64,000 bases of DNA from a virus, in IMG/VR virus record IMGVR_UViG_3300012156_000141; one strand, given 5' to 3'. Position numbers and translations under genes: made by a program. Shown one piece after another: positions 39,897 through 49,545 of this stretch; within the stretch, counting starts at the first letter, position 1; each line of letters starts with the position of its first letter. The notes beneath the pieces are model-generated. The model saw only the letters and a list, made by a program, of their open reading frames with translations, was not told where the DNA came from and did not search any database.

Positions 39897-41021
39897 ATGA
39901 AAAATAAAGTTTTAATATTGGCATTAAGCGGTATGATGCTTGGCACTATGAGCATTCCAATATTTGCAGCAGAACCCGTACAAGATGTGCGTATTTCAAT
40001 TGCACCAGATAATGATGATGAGTTCAGTCCAGGTGAAATTGAAGCCGGCTTTGAACCCACCACTGATTCAAGTCAGTATTATGTAGATGAATATGATACA
40101 TCGAGTTCAAGCTACACACCAAAGAAATCCTATACTTATACAATAGACATTCTTCCAGAAGATGGATATAAATTTGATTCGAATGCTAAAGTCGTTGTAT
40201 ATGGAGCAACTGAAGTAACTGTGAAATCCCGATCAACAAGTAAGATCGTAATTAAAGCTAAGACATTTCCATTTTATGTTTTGGATGAACCAACAAATAT
40301 TGTAATTGATGAATCGGAAAAGGAAGCTACTTGGGATAAAGTGGAATATGCAAAAAAATACAATGTAGTTGTTCGTTATACAAATAAAGATGGCGATGAA
40401 AGAGAAACAAAAAAAACAGTAACTAAAACGGAAATTGATTTGTCTGGCTATATTGGAAAGTATGAAGATGTATCAATATCTGTACAGGCAGTAAAAGGTA
40501 CTACAGATGGAGATAAATTTATTAGCAATTCAGATTACATTTTATCAACAGATGGAAGTATAGATAGCGATCGGTCAGATGATGAGTATACATTTTCTAT
40601 TCCTACATCAGCTTCTGATGGTAGCACTGTAACTGATTCATCTTCTAGCTCTAGTTCATCAGGTCCTTCTAACTCATCCTCTTCTGCTTTAAGTGAAGGC
40701 TGGAGCGGAAGCGGAGATAATTGGTATTATACAAAAGATGGCAAGAAAGTTACCGGATGGCTTGGTATTGGTGGTGAGTGGTACTTATTAAACAGCAATG
40801 GCCTCATGAAGTTTGGCTGGCAGCAGGTTGATGGCAATTGGTATTTTCTAAATACTGTTCATGATGGTGCTTTTGGAAAGATGCTTAGCGGCTGGCAATT
40901 TATTAATAACAAATGGTATTACTTAAATGAAATACATGATGGTACCTTCGGCGCTATGTATGCAAACAGAACAACTCCAGATGGATATAAAGTCGGTTCC
41001 GATGGAGTATGGATTCAGTAA
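39897..41021 (+). CDS. Secreted protein with C-terminal cell-wall-binding (YG/GW) repeats
   Basis: Signal peptide, Ser-rich linker, GW..GGEWYLLN..GWQQVDGNWYFL..TPDGYKVGSDGVWIQ. Confidence 0.85.
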   Translation: MKNKVLILALSGMMLGTMSIPIFAAEPVQDVRISIAPDNDDEFSPGEIEAGFEPTTDSSQYYVDEYDTSSSSYTPKKSYTYTIDILPEDGYKFDSNAKVVVYGATEVTVKSRSTSKIVIKAKTFPFYVLDEPTNIVIDESEKEATWDKVEYAKKYNVVVRYTNKDGDERETKKTVTKTEIDLSGYIGKYEDVSISVQAVKGTTDGDKFISNSDYILSTDGSIDSDRSDDEYTFSIPTSASDGSTVTDSSSSSSSSGPSNSSSSALSEGWSGSGDNWYYTKDGKKVTGWLGIGGEWYLLNSNGLMKFGWQQVDGNWYFLNTVHDGAFGKMLSGWQFINNKWYYLNEIHDGTFGAMYANRTTPDGYKVGSDGVWIQ

Positions 41022-41234
41022 ATCATATTAATAAAGACATGAGTAGTAAAAACTATTCGTGTTTTTTAAATTCTCACATTATATAAGTAAATTTGAAAAG
41101 AGGAAATTGCATGAAAGAGTGGAAGCTTATTGTATAATAATTATTTTTATCAGATGCAATACAGGTTGTTAAACAAATAACATAAAATAAACCAAATATA
41201 AAAAATCCTACATACTAAAAATAAACGGGAGGGT

Positions 41235-42239
41235 ATGATGGGATTTTTTTTATGCGCAAGTAAAATAGGTCGAGTTTGGTATCCATTAAAAGCAAATTCA
41301 TCTAAAGAAATGATCAATCAAATAGAGCAGGATGCAAACCATCAAATAGGCTATTTAGTAAGCGGAATTCATCATTTTAATATACTGCAGGAAATGAATA
41401 TTGATACTAGTCGAATTGGAATGATTAATGTATTAGCTCCATGCAAAGTGTATAACGAATTACTTAGCAAAGGAGTTTCCTTTTATATAATTGATGATTT
41501 TAAAATACTAAAGCAATTTGTAGAACAAAACAATTCTAATATCTGCATCGGAATACGCTTGTCTCTTTCTTCAATATTCAAAGAACATATTACGCATTTA
41601 GGAGTAACTAGAGAAGAGTGTAAAGAGATGATTGCTTATTTGAAGTCCCAGAAGTGTAATTATGGACTGACTATATATATTGAAGATAATTATAAAGATA
41701 AAAGATATCAAAAAATAATATTTGATTATATACTAGCTAATTTTAGAGAAGTACCTTTTTTATCTATTGGTGGAATAACATCTGATTTTGAAGTACTAAA
41801 ATATCTAAAAGGCACTTACAAAGGAGAAATTAATTTAGAAATTGGAGATGAACTAATTAAAGATAAACGAAACTGCGATACAGAAATAATTAGAAAAAAG
41901 ATAGTTAATGATTCAGTCACAATTACTATCAATAAAGGAATTTATACGGGTTTTTTTGATGTCTTATTAAAAAATAGAGAATTTGTTATGAAGATAAAAG
42001 ATCGTCCCAATTGTGTCTTGTGTAATAAAAAAACAAAAGACAGAGATATCCTTGTTGAAGTTTTTGGAGGCTCCGGAAATGCAGATGATCATATTGGAAA
42101 GTTTTATACCAATGAAGAAACTCTTTTCCATTTAACAGATGGGAACATATTAACGATTCAAAATACAGGATCCTATTTTGATGAATTGACAACAAAATAT
42201 GGGTACGAATTAGAAAAAGGAGAGTCCTATGAAATTTAA
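41235..42239 (+). CDS. Divergent PLP-dependent fold-III (Orn/DAP/Arg decarboxylase-like) enzyme
   Basis: WYPLKAN (PLP lysine), IGIRL, SIGG, LEIG (EPGR-like), VFGGSGNADD (GPTCD-like without Cys), NTGSY. Confidence 0.7.
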   Translation: MMGFFLCASKIGRVWYPLKANSSKEMINQIEQDANHQIGYLVSGIHHFNILQEMNIDTSRIGMINVLAPCKVYNELLSKGVSFYIIDDFKILKQFVEQNNSNICIGIRLSLSSIFKEHITHLGVTREECKEMIAYLKSQKCNYGLTIYIEDNYKDKRYQKIIFDYILANFREVPFLSIGGITSDFEVLKYLKGTYKGEINLEIGDELIKDKRNCDTEIIRKKIVNDSVTITINKGIYTGFFDVLLKNREFVMKIKDRPNCVLCNKKTKDRDILVEVFGGSGNADDHIGKFYTNEETLFHLTDGNILTIQNTGSYFDELTTKYGYELEKGESYEI

Positions 42240-43101
42240 ACTATTTAGTGTTATCGTTGGCAATGAAGCTTGTATTGCAAGTTGCCCATTCTGTGTATCC
42301 GGTATTAAACCAGATACTGAGAATATGAGATGCCCAGATATTAACTGGCGTAATTTTAAGATTGCTTGCAATTTAGCAAATCGAAGTAATGTAGACACTG
42401 TTATGCTTACCAGCAGAGGAGAACCTTTGCTATTTCCAAAACAAATTACAGAATACCTTGAACGCCTGGAAATATACAATTTTCCATTTATTGAACTTCA
42501 AACAAATGGTATCTTATTCGGAAATAAACCAGATTATTATAAGGCATATTTAAAAAAGTGGTATAAACTTGGCCTAACAACAATCTGTTTATCTGTTGTA
42601 AGCAATCACTATGATCGTAATAAAAAAATATACACACCAAATGGTAAATATATCGATTTAAAAGCTGTAATTAAATATTTACATACATTTGGCTTTTCTA
42701 TACGACTTACCTGCGTTATGTGTTCTGGAATGATGGATAGTATTCAGAATGTGGAAGAATTTATCCTATATGCTAAAGCAAATAATGTAGAGCAAGTTAC
42801 TCTTAGACCAGTAAATGATGAATTCAGACGACAATCCGCTAAGAGATGGATAGAGGAAAACAGACTTAGCGAAGAAGAAAAAGAATCAATTAGTCAATAT
42901 TTGGAAAAAGAAGGAACCAGATTATTAGAACTTGATAGGCTTGGTGCAGTATATGATGTTTATGGACAAAACGTGATGTTATCAGTTCCATTAAATAAAG
43001 ATACTAGAGACATGGACCCGGAGAATGGAAGACAATTAATTTTCTTTCAAGATGGACATTTAAAATATGAATGGGAAAAAGAGGGAGGTATCTTACTGTG
43101 A
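42229..43101 (+). CDS. Radical SAM enzyme
   Basis: CIASCPFC (CxxxCxxC), LTSRGEPLL, IELQTNG. No obvious SPASM domain. Confidence 0.9.
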   Translation: MKFKLFSVIVGNEACIASCPFCVSGIKPDTENMRCPDINWRNFKIACNLANRSNVDTVMLTSRGEPLLFPKQITEYLERLEIYNFPFIELQTNGILFGNKPDYYKAYLKKWYKLGLTTICLSVVSNHYDRNKKIYTPNGKYIDLKAVIKYLHTFGFSIRLTCVMCSGMMDSIQNVEEFILYAKANNVEQVTLRPVNDEFRRQSAKRWIEENRLSEEEKESISQYLEKEGTRLLELDRLGAVYDVYGQNVMLSVPLNKDTRDMDPENGRQLIFFQDGHLKYEWEKEGGILL

Positions 43102-44093
43102 AAGTATATACAAAACAATCTGACCGAACATTATGTAATGAGCTGCAGGCTAAACTTGCAGAAATTAGATCTAAAAGAGCATTTAGTCCCGAACAATATA
43201 TAAAAGAAAAAACAGAAATACTAAATAAATACATGAAAAAATGTCATTTATCCAGCTGCGTGGTTGCTGTAAGTGGAGGCATTGACTCTGCAGTTGTATT
43301 GGCTCTGGTAGTTAAAGCAGCAGCAGAACCAGACTCTTATATTCATAATGTAATGCCACTATTATTACCATGCAGAGAAAATAGTGGTGTTGTAAATCAA
43401 TCAGATGCCACAACCAGAGGAATGGAATTATGCCAGGCTTTAAATGTTAAACCATATGAGATTGAAATGAATTTGATTGTAAAGGCTATTCAAGACTCAG
43501 TATGCAATGCTCTTGATATTGAGGGCGGAGACTGGGCTATCGGACAATTAGTTCCTTATAGCAGGACACCGGTATTGTTTTTCACAACTTCTTTATTAAC
43601 CCAGGAAAATGCTTCAGCTGTTATTTGTGGAACAACTAATTTAGACGAAGGTGGATACTTAGGTTATGTGGGAAAAGCATCAGATGGAATAGTCGATTTA
43701 CAATTAATCTCTGATATTCATAAATCAGAAGTATTTGAGGTGGCAAAATGTTTAAATATTCCACAATCGATTCTTCAAGTTACGCCAGCTGGAGATATGT
43801 ATGATAATCGTGTGGACGAAGAAGTATTCGGTGCATCCTATGATTTTGTCGAGCTGTATTTAAATTATCTAAATATGAATGATGAAGAAAAAAATATTCT
43901 TGAAAGTGATTTGAGTGAATACGCAATGGAACAATTTAAGTTTTATCAAACCAATATTGAAGAATTGCATAAATATAATGCTCATAAGTATCTTTCAAAA
44001 TCTCCAGCAATCCATCTGGATTTGTATGATAGTGGGATAAAGGGTGGATGGGAGAACTATCGTGATACAATCATAAGATTTTTAGGTGAATAA
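43098..44093 (+). CDS. nadE: NH3-dependent NAD+ synthetase-like protein
   Basis: VAVSGGIDSAV, GTTNLDE..GY.GKASDG, DIHKSEV, PAGDM..DEE. GTG start overlaps the radical SAM stop. Confidence 0.85.
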   Translation: MKVYTKQSDRTLCNELQAKLAEIRSKRAFSPEQYIKEKTEILNKYMKKCHLSSCVVAVSGGIDSAVVLALVVKAAAEPDSYIHNVMPLLLPCRENSGVVNQSDATTRGMELCQALNVKPYEIEMNLIVKAIQDSVCNALDIEGGDWAIGQLVPYSRTPVLFFTTSLLTQENASAVICGTTNLDEGGYLGYVGKASDGIVDLQLISDIHKSEVFEVAKCLNIPQSILQVTPAGDMYDNRVDEEVFGASYDFVELYLNYLNMNDEEKNILESDLSEYAMEQFKFYQTNIEELHKYNAHKYLSKSPAIHLDLYDSGIKGGWENYRDTIIRFLGE

Positions 44094-45411
44094 CATGGAT
44101 TTATTTGAAGTTCTAAAATTAAAACCAGATTGTACAAGAGAAGATGTTGATAAATCCTATTTAAAATCAGAAAAAAACGCAGAGATAGAGTTTGCATGGA
44201 AGGTACTTAGAGATCCATATTACCGTTTGGTATACAGAAAATACAAGTCTATGGAAATTATAAATAAAGCAGGCTTTTTTAAAGATAATTTGGATATGGA
44301 TGATAAAGACTTTTATAAGTTGAACCTTTTGACGACTCCATGCAAAAAACTAATTAAAAAGAAAAATCCGGTAGTCCTACTTTCTACCGGAGGTTTCTTT
44401 CCAATACATAAAGGTCACATTCACATGATGGAGCTGGCAAGAGAGTCGATTGAAAAAGAAGGCTATTCCGTTGTAGGTGGATATTTATCACCATCACATG
44501 ACAGTTACATGATAACAAAACCATATTGTAATCAAAATCTCTCTGAAAGAATATATAAGTGTAAAGAAGTTTTAGAAGATCATCCTTGGCTACAGATAGA
44601 TTCATTTGAATCTCAATATATGAGAACCTATGTTAATTTTACAGAAATCATTGAACGCCTGGAACAATACCTAAAAAAACATTACGATAATAATATTTCG
44701 GTAGCCTACGTCTTTGGCTCTGACAATGCTGGATTTGCTTATTGTTTTGAAGATAAGGGATTAGCGGTTTGCATTGAACGTGAAAACTATCAGGAAGAAT
44801 ATAATAAAATGAAAGCAAAAATTATTTCACGGAATGTTGTTTTTGTTAATAATAAATCGGATAAAGCAAAACTTTGTTCACGGGATATTAGAAAACAGAT
44901 GCTATTAAGAAAGGAGCCGCCATCAGGTGGTTTGTTTATGATTCGAGATGAAGGGATTGAACCATTAAAACATTTATCAAAGGTAGCAAAAGAAGAAGTA
45001 CATCAGGCTCAAACAATTTTCATCAAACAACTATCGCAGCTATTTAAAGAGACTTTATATGCAGATGTTAAGATAGTGAAAGTGTCTGATCAAATAAAAT
45101 ATGCAGATGAAAGGCTGAAAGATAAAAACACAATTAGTCTGGATAGCTATTATAACGGCACAAATAATTTAAGAGTTAGTCGTTTATTTCACCTATCTGA
45201 TATTCAGATAAAGTATGATAAGATGGTAACATCAGAAAAAAATGATGTATCACAGATTATAAGTAGGGTCAAAGCCGGTCGATACATCTTAGTAGATGAT
45301 GATAGTGTATCCGGAAATACTATAAGAAGCATAAAAGAACAATTACCAAAAGGTGTAGAAATCGAAGATATATTCTTGCTATCATCATACATGAAAAAAA
45401 AAACCATTTGA
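44086..45411 (+). CDS. J-like domain, NMN/NaMN adenylyltransferase and PRTase-like fusion, interrupted by an A10 tract
   Basis: DLFEVLKL..AWKVLRDP (J-like, no HPD), STGGFFPIHKGH, VVGGYLSPSHDSY, FGSDN, ILVDDDSVSGNT. Confidence 0.8.
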   Translation: MNNMDLFEVLKLKPDCTREDVDKSYLKSEKNAEIEFAWKVLRDPYYRLVYRKYKSMEIINKAGFFKDNLDMDDKDFYKLNLLTTPCKKLIKKKNPVVLLSTGGFFPIHKGHIHMMELARESIEKEGYSVVGGYLSPSHDSYMITKPYCNQNLSERIYKCKEVLEDHPWLQIDSFESQYMRTYVNFTEIIERLEQYLKKHYDNNISVAYVFGSDNAGFAYCFEDKGLAVCIERENYQEEYNKMKAKIISRNVVFVNNKSDKAKLCSRDIRKQMLLRKEPPSGGLFMIRDEGIEPLKHLSKVAKEEVHQAQTIFIKQLSQLFKETLYADVKIVKVSDQIKYADERLKDKNTISLDSYYNGTNNLRVSRLFHLSDIQIKYDKMVTSEKNDVSQIISRVKAGRYILVDDDSVSGNTIRSIKEQLPKGVEIEDIFLLSSYMKKKTI

Positions 45412-45730
45412 TGTAGTTGATTGTAGAGACTTTATAATTGGTGCAGAAAATGCCGGGCTTATGGTATCTGATTTTAAAAATCAAATTATTAGGGTGCCAT
45501 ACACCCTACCATATGTGTCTTTAGTAACAAAAGCAAGTATTTTATATGAAAAAAAAAAAGAATTCGCAATTAATGTATGGAATTTAAATAAAAACTTTTA
45601 TCAAACATTAGGCATTATCTATTTAAAAGATGTTAATTATGATTTTCAATATTTGATGAGCTTAATAGGATTTAAAGGAAACGCGTTGCTAGAAGATATA
45701 TGTGATTGGCATATTAAAAATTTACAATAA
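45404..45730 (+). pseudogene. Out-of-frame C-terminal continuation of the NMNAT/PRTase fusion
   Basis: The +1 frame is open from 45404 (PFDVVDCRDFIIGAENAGLMV...) to 45730. Removing one A from A10 (45394-45403) fuses the two parts. Confidence 0.75.
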
Positions 45731-45754
45731 AAAACAGGAAGAATCCTGTTTTTT
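45729..45754. terminator. Bidirectional terminator
   Basis: AAAAACAGGA-AGAA-TCCTGTTTTT. Confidence 0.8.
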
Positions 45755-45761
45755 GTTTTTA

Positions 45762-45947
45762 TTATTCTTTTTCAAATCCGTCACAATACTCTAACCATAC
45801 CGGGTCAAAATTATATGGATGAAAGAACCAACCATTACTGATGCCGTGGTCAGAACCTCTTACAAGTGCGAAAGAGTTTCTACATGATAAATGACAGTCT
45901 CTAGGAATAGAAACTTGATACTTACAGTTATAACAAGCATCTGTCAT
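45762..45947 (-). CDS. Small Cys-rich phage-type protein
   Basis: CYNCKY..CHLSC..HGISNGWFFHPYNFDPVWLEYCDGF, recalled as a motif of small phage proteins. Confidence 0.6.
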   Translation of the reverse strand: MTDACYNCKYQVSIPRDCHLSCRNSFALVRGSDHGISNGWFFHPYNFDPVWLEYCDGFEKE

Positions 45948-46294
45948 GGATTCTGATTTTAGCTATTAATTCAAAAAGTACCTTTTGGTATCTAGCAATA
46001 AAGTGATCTGTTCTTCCTCTGGAAGCGACTTAAGATGTTCCTGAGCAAACTCTGGATTTTTTTGTAAAAGTTCAATATAGTTTAAGGTGTCTTGTAAATT
46101 CAAAATACAACATCCATTCAATGATAAATACAATTTTATAATAAAAGAAAACTTACATAATAATATTGTAGGATGAAAGAAAGAGATTTATAATTTGTTT
46201 TTGTCTATTTATACAGCTACAGGCGATCCATTTAAAAACTTCCTTCATTAAAAAGAATATTTTAAAGATAATTAGTTTTTAAGCTTATCGCATT

Positions 46295-46320
46295 AGAGAG
46301 CATTTGTGTTCTCTTTTTTT
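46295..46320 (+). terminator. Intrinsic terminator ending an ORF-less unit
   Basis: AGAGAGCA-TTTG-TGTTCTCT followed by a T-tract. Confidence 0.7.
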
Positions 46321-46379
46321 GTCCAAAATATAATATCTGACATACTAATAATAAACTATATTTCATTTGGAGGTATTTG

Positions 46380-48737
46380 ATGAATTCAAAATTAAACGAG
46401 ATATTATTAAACCGCAAAGACATGATTTCTATTAACTATGAAAAGGATGATTCCTCGGAATTAGATAAATGGCTTATTGCTGCCACTGCATCAAAAAATT
46501 TAGAGGGCTTAGGTTATAAGTTTTCATCTAGACTAATTGAACAACTAAAGAAAACCTCTGTAGAAGAAATTTTAGAAATTGAAAATCAGATTTCAGCTAA
46601 TATAGAAAACAGACAAGGAGACGATGTTGATTATAAGCCAATGTATCCGGGTTTTCCTGATAGCGTGATGGATAAGTCAAAGGCAGAGTTGTATTTAGAT
46701 GCTATCATTTATGCAGAAAGCGGATTTAAGACATTACCTCTGGAATATGAGTTCTATGGAAAAGAAAAAAAAGAAGAGGTAATCAATTTATCAAAAAAAC
46801 TTCAAAATTTAAAGACAATTGATGTTGGAACACAAAAGGATGTAATTGAAATTGCAGTTAATCTAATGTCTTCACCAATTGCCTATTCACCAGATGATAA
46901 ATGTGATTTGGCTATAATCTCAAAAGAAGTTAAATCATTTAAAAAGAATATTCCAGGTAAAATTCCTAATAAAGAGAACTTGGCCTGGATGGCAGCCTCA
47001 TTAGCTAGACAAGATAGAAAAAATTCATTTATAGTACATTTGACCAGTGCAACAGATATTTTAAGGGCATTAACTGTCCGCAATGGAGGAGACGCATCAT
47101 TAACTCAACCAGTAAAATTCGGAAAGATACCCGCTTATGAAGTGAAACAATATGCTATACAATTAGCAAAAGTAAAAAATATTGAAAAAGATATATCTCA
47201 AAGACCAGAAACTTTTAAAAGAGTTTTTAAACAATATCATCTACCAAATATGTATAAAACACAGCTAAAAAGTGAACTAAGTATGGAATCTCGGGATAAG
47301 ATGATTGCTGTCTCGAATCACTTGTATGAGGATAAATTGGAACCAACCTTTGAGGCACGAAGAAATCAATTGATTAAAGAAAATGATTTCAAATCTTTAA
47401 TCAATTTGTATTACGCTGTTCCGGGAAAATTGGCTGCAGATATGGATTATATTTTGATTCTGGCTGATAAAATAGCTAAAGACCATAGTGATTATATAGC
47501 CGGAAAAGAAAAAAATTATGCCGAAGTTTGCAAAGTGTTTAATTCTGTAGTAAACAGAATTGCGCCAAACACATTATTAAGAATGCAATCAGCAATTGGT
47601 GAAAGAACAGCTGAAAAACAATATCGTGTATATGCAGCAAATAAAGGGTTGAGCAATCCTTACATGAAAGAAGATACACGTAATCCGTTACCTAAAAAAA
47701 TTGTTGAAAGTATAAATAATATTATTGATAATGACCTGTCAATGAGGTATTCTAAAAAAAGACCGTTAGGAAAAGTTTATTTAGATGATGATTTGAAAAA
47801 TGTCAAAATCCCTTCAGCTCAAAGAACTAATTCAAAAGGAGCACAGACCTTAAGTTATGGTTCTCAAATAGATATTAGAAAAAATACAGAGAAGTTAAGA
47901 AGCTTTATATGGTGGACTAACGCTGGACATGATAGTATTGACATTGATTTGTCTGCAACATTTTATGATGAGAACTGGAGAAAATTCACCGATGTTTCTT
48001 ATTACAATCTCAAGGGTAATGGATATGGTGTCCATTCTGGAGATATTAGGGATGGCGGTAGTCCTAATGGAAAAGGTGCAGCTGAGTTTATAGATGTTGA
48101 TTTGTCGAACTTAAAAGCAAAAAATGTTGGATATGTAGTTTTTTCAGTGAATAACTTTAGTGAACATACCTTCAGTAATACACCATGTAAATTTGGTTGG
48201 ATGGAATTGGAAGAAAAAGAAAATTTCTTATTTGATCCACTAGCAGTGCAAAAGACAGTTAACTTAAATTGTCCTAGTACAAAAGCAATAACAATGACCT
48301 TGGATGTAGAAAACGAAAAAATTATCTGGATGGATAGAAATCCAAGAAACGTGAAAACCTTTGTTATTAATCATAAAGCCAATAATGTAGAAACACATGC
48401 TAGTTCAATGATGGTAGAGGCTTATAAAGCAATTAATTTGCCAGCACCATCTTTGCACCATTTAATGTCTTTACATATCATGTCAAGAGGTGAGTTAGTA
48501 GAAGATCCTAAAGAGGCAGATGTTATTTTTAGTCTCAACCGAATTAATGAACCAAAGGAATTTCCTAATATGAAAGAGAATATTTGCGCATATGACAATG
48601 ACGTAATATTAGGAGATCTGCTATCTACAGAATTATCCATGAAGGATACAGAATACTTTGAGAAACTTGCAAAGCAAATGGAAACAGATAAAGTCAAAGA
48701 AAATCTAGAACCTTCAAAAGATGGAATAACAAAATAG
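46380..48737 (+). CDS. Large TerD-domain protein (helical N-terminal region plus C-terminal TerD)
   Basis: FIWWTN..IDIDLSA..SYYNL..VHSGDIRDG..GAAEFIDVDL. N-terminal ENLAW..SATDILR. Confidence 0.75.
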   Translation: MNSKLNEILLNRKDMISINYEKDDSSELDKWLIAATASKNLEGLGYKFSSRLIEQLKKTSVEEILEIENQISANIENRQGDDVDYKPMYPGFPDSVMDKSKAELYLDAIIYAESGFKTLPLEYEFYGKEKKEEVINLSKKLQNLKTIDVGTQKDVIEIAVNLMSSPIAYSPDDKCDLAIISKEVKSFKKNIPGKIPNKENLAWMAASLARQDRKNSFIVHLTSATDILRALTVRNGGDASLTQPVKFGKIPAYEVKQYAIQLAKVKNIEKDISQRPETFKRVFKQYHLPNMYKTQLKSELSMESRDKMIAVSNHLYEDKLEPTFEARRNQLIKENDFKSLINLYYAVPGKLAADMDYILILADKIAKDHSDYIAGKEKNYAEVCKVFNSVVNRIAPNTLLRMQSAIGERTAEKQYRVYAANKGLSNPYMKEDTRNPLPKKIVESINNIIDNDLSMRYSKKRPLGKVYLDDDLKNVKIPSAQRTNSKGAQTLSYGSQIDIRKNTEKLRSFIWWTNAGHDSIDIDLSATFYDENWRKFTDVSYYNLKGNGYGVHSGDIRDGGSPNGKGAAEFIDVDLSNLKAKNVGYVVFSVNNFSEHTFSNTPCKFGWMELEEKENFLFDPLAVQKTVNLNCPSTKAITMTLDVENEKIIWMDRNPRNVKTFVINHKANNVETHASSMMVEAYKAINLPAPSLHHLMSLHIMSRGELVEDPKEADVIFSLNRINEPKEFPNMKENICAYDNDVILGDLLSTELSMKDTEYFEKLAKQMETDKVKENLEPSKDGITK

Positions 48738-48770
48738 AAAGCCCTATTCAGGGCTTTTTTAAATTAGTGC

Positions 48771-48799
48771 TTTACATTTTGCTATTTATTTGGTATTAT
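48771..48799 (+). promoter_or_regulatory. sigmaA-like promoter pointing into the omegaRNA relic from its 3' end
   Basis: TTTACA-N17-TATTAT with TG at the extended -10 position. Confidence 0.5.
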
Positions 48800-48803
48800 A
48801 CCT

Positions 48804-48944
48804 ATGAGCTACCACCACTTTCGCAAAGCTTAGAAGTGATGGTTTCAGGTAGCATTGACCCACTAAGGTTCGTACTACCACGGTCTGTCCATCAGACCGC
48901 TATCCGTTTTACCGGAATACTTTTATTTAATTCATAGTAAAATC
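48804..48944 (-). mobile_element. Orphan TnpB-type IS200/IS605 right end/omegaRNA scaffold
   Basis: Inverted copy of 20025-20162. Hairpins GGTCTG..CAGACC and CCATCACTT..AAGTGGTGG, ending GTAGCTCAT. Confidence 0.7.
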
Positions 48945-49011
48945 TTGTTTCAGATAGTTTTTCTCGTTTTAAATAGTTTTTTCTTGTTTCAAATCCCATA
49001 AACATTAAAGA

Positions 49012-49395
49012 TTAATTAATTGGAATTAAGTCGCCTTCTTCTTCATCAAATGGATCCAATTTTTTAATTATAACCTCCAAAAGACCGTTGTTAAAATTAG
49101 CAACAACATCCTTTTTCACAATTGAGTCAGAAAATGAAATCAGTCTTTCTCTTTCAAAATGATATCGTTCACTTATAAGATAGCTTTTATCATTATCATA
49201 GTCGGACTCACTATCATTTATTTTTAATAATAACTGCTCACCCTGAAACTTTACCTTGATGTCCTTTTTTTCTTGACCGGGAAACTCTGCATAAATGTAG
49301 AAAAACTGATCATCATCTAAAACGTCAATTATAATTTTGCCTTCTGAATTCAAATTATCACCCATTTCTTTTTTATTGTTTGTGAATAGTGCCAT
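49012..49395 (-). CDS. Hsp20/alpha-crystallin small heat-shock protein
   Basis: IDVLDDD..IYAEFPG..KKDIKV..ER..A.FNNGLLEVII. Confidence 0.9.
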   Translation of the reverse strand: MALFTNNKKEMGDNLNSEGKIIIDVLDDDQFFYIYAEFPGQEKKDIKVKFQGEQLLLKINDSESDYDNDKSYLISERYHFERERLISFSDSIVKKDVVANFNNGLLEVIIKKLDPFDEEEGDLIPIN

Positions 49396-49545
49396 GAAAA
49401 ACTCCTTTCAAATGTATATTTGTAAATAGTATGTTGGGTAGACTTTATATTAAAATGAAATTTTAAATTATATAGTGAGAAATGTAAAAGTATAAGACCA
49501 AAGATTGCATTATATAAAAAGAAATATAATATCTGGGAGGAATTT

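Noticed and set aside
42229-43101. Radical SAM as a prokaryotic viperin
   Set aside because: It lacks the viperin-type CNYxCxFC and NFSGGEP context, so no specific family could be assigned by eye.
45960-46115. Protein-like minus-strand stretch (LNLQDTLNYIELLQKNPEFAQEHL...)
   Set aside because: About 50 codons with no clear start or RBS and no recognisable family. It may be a remnant but cannot be supported.
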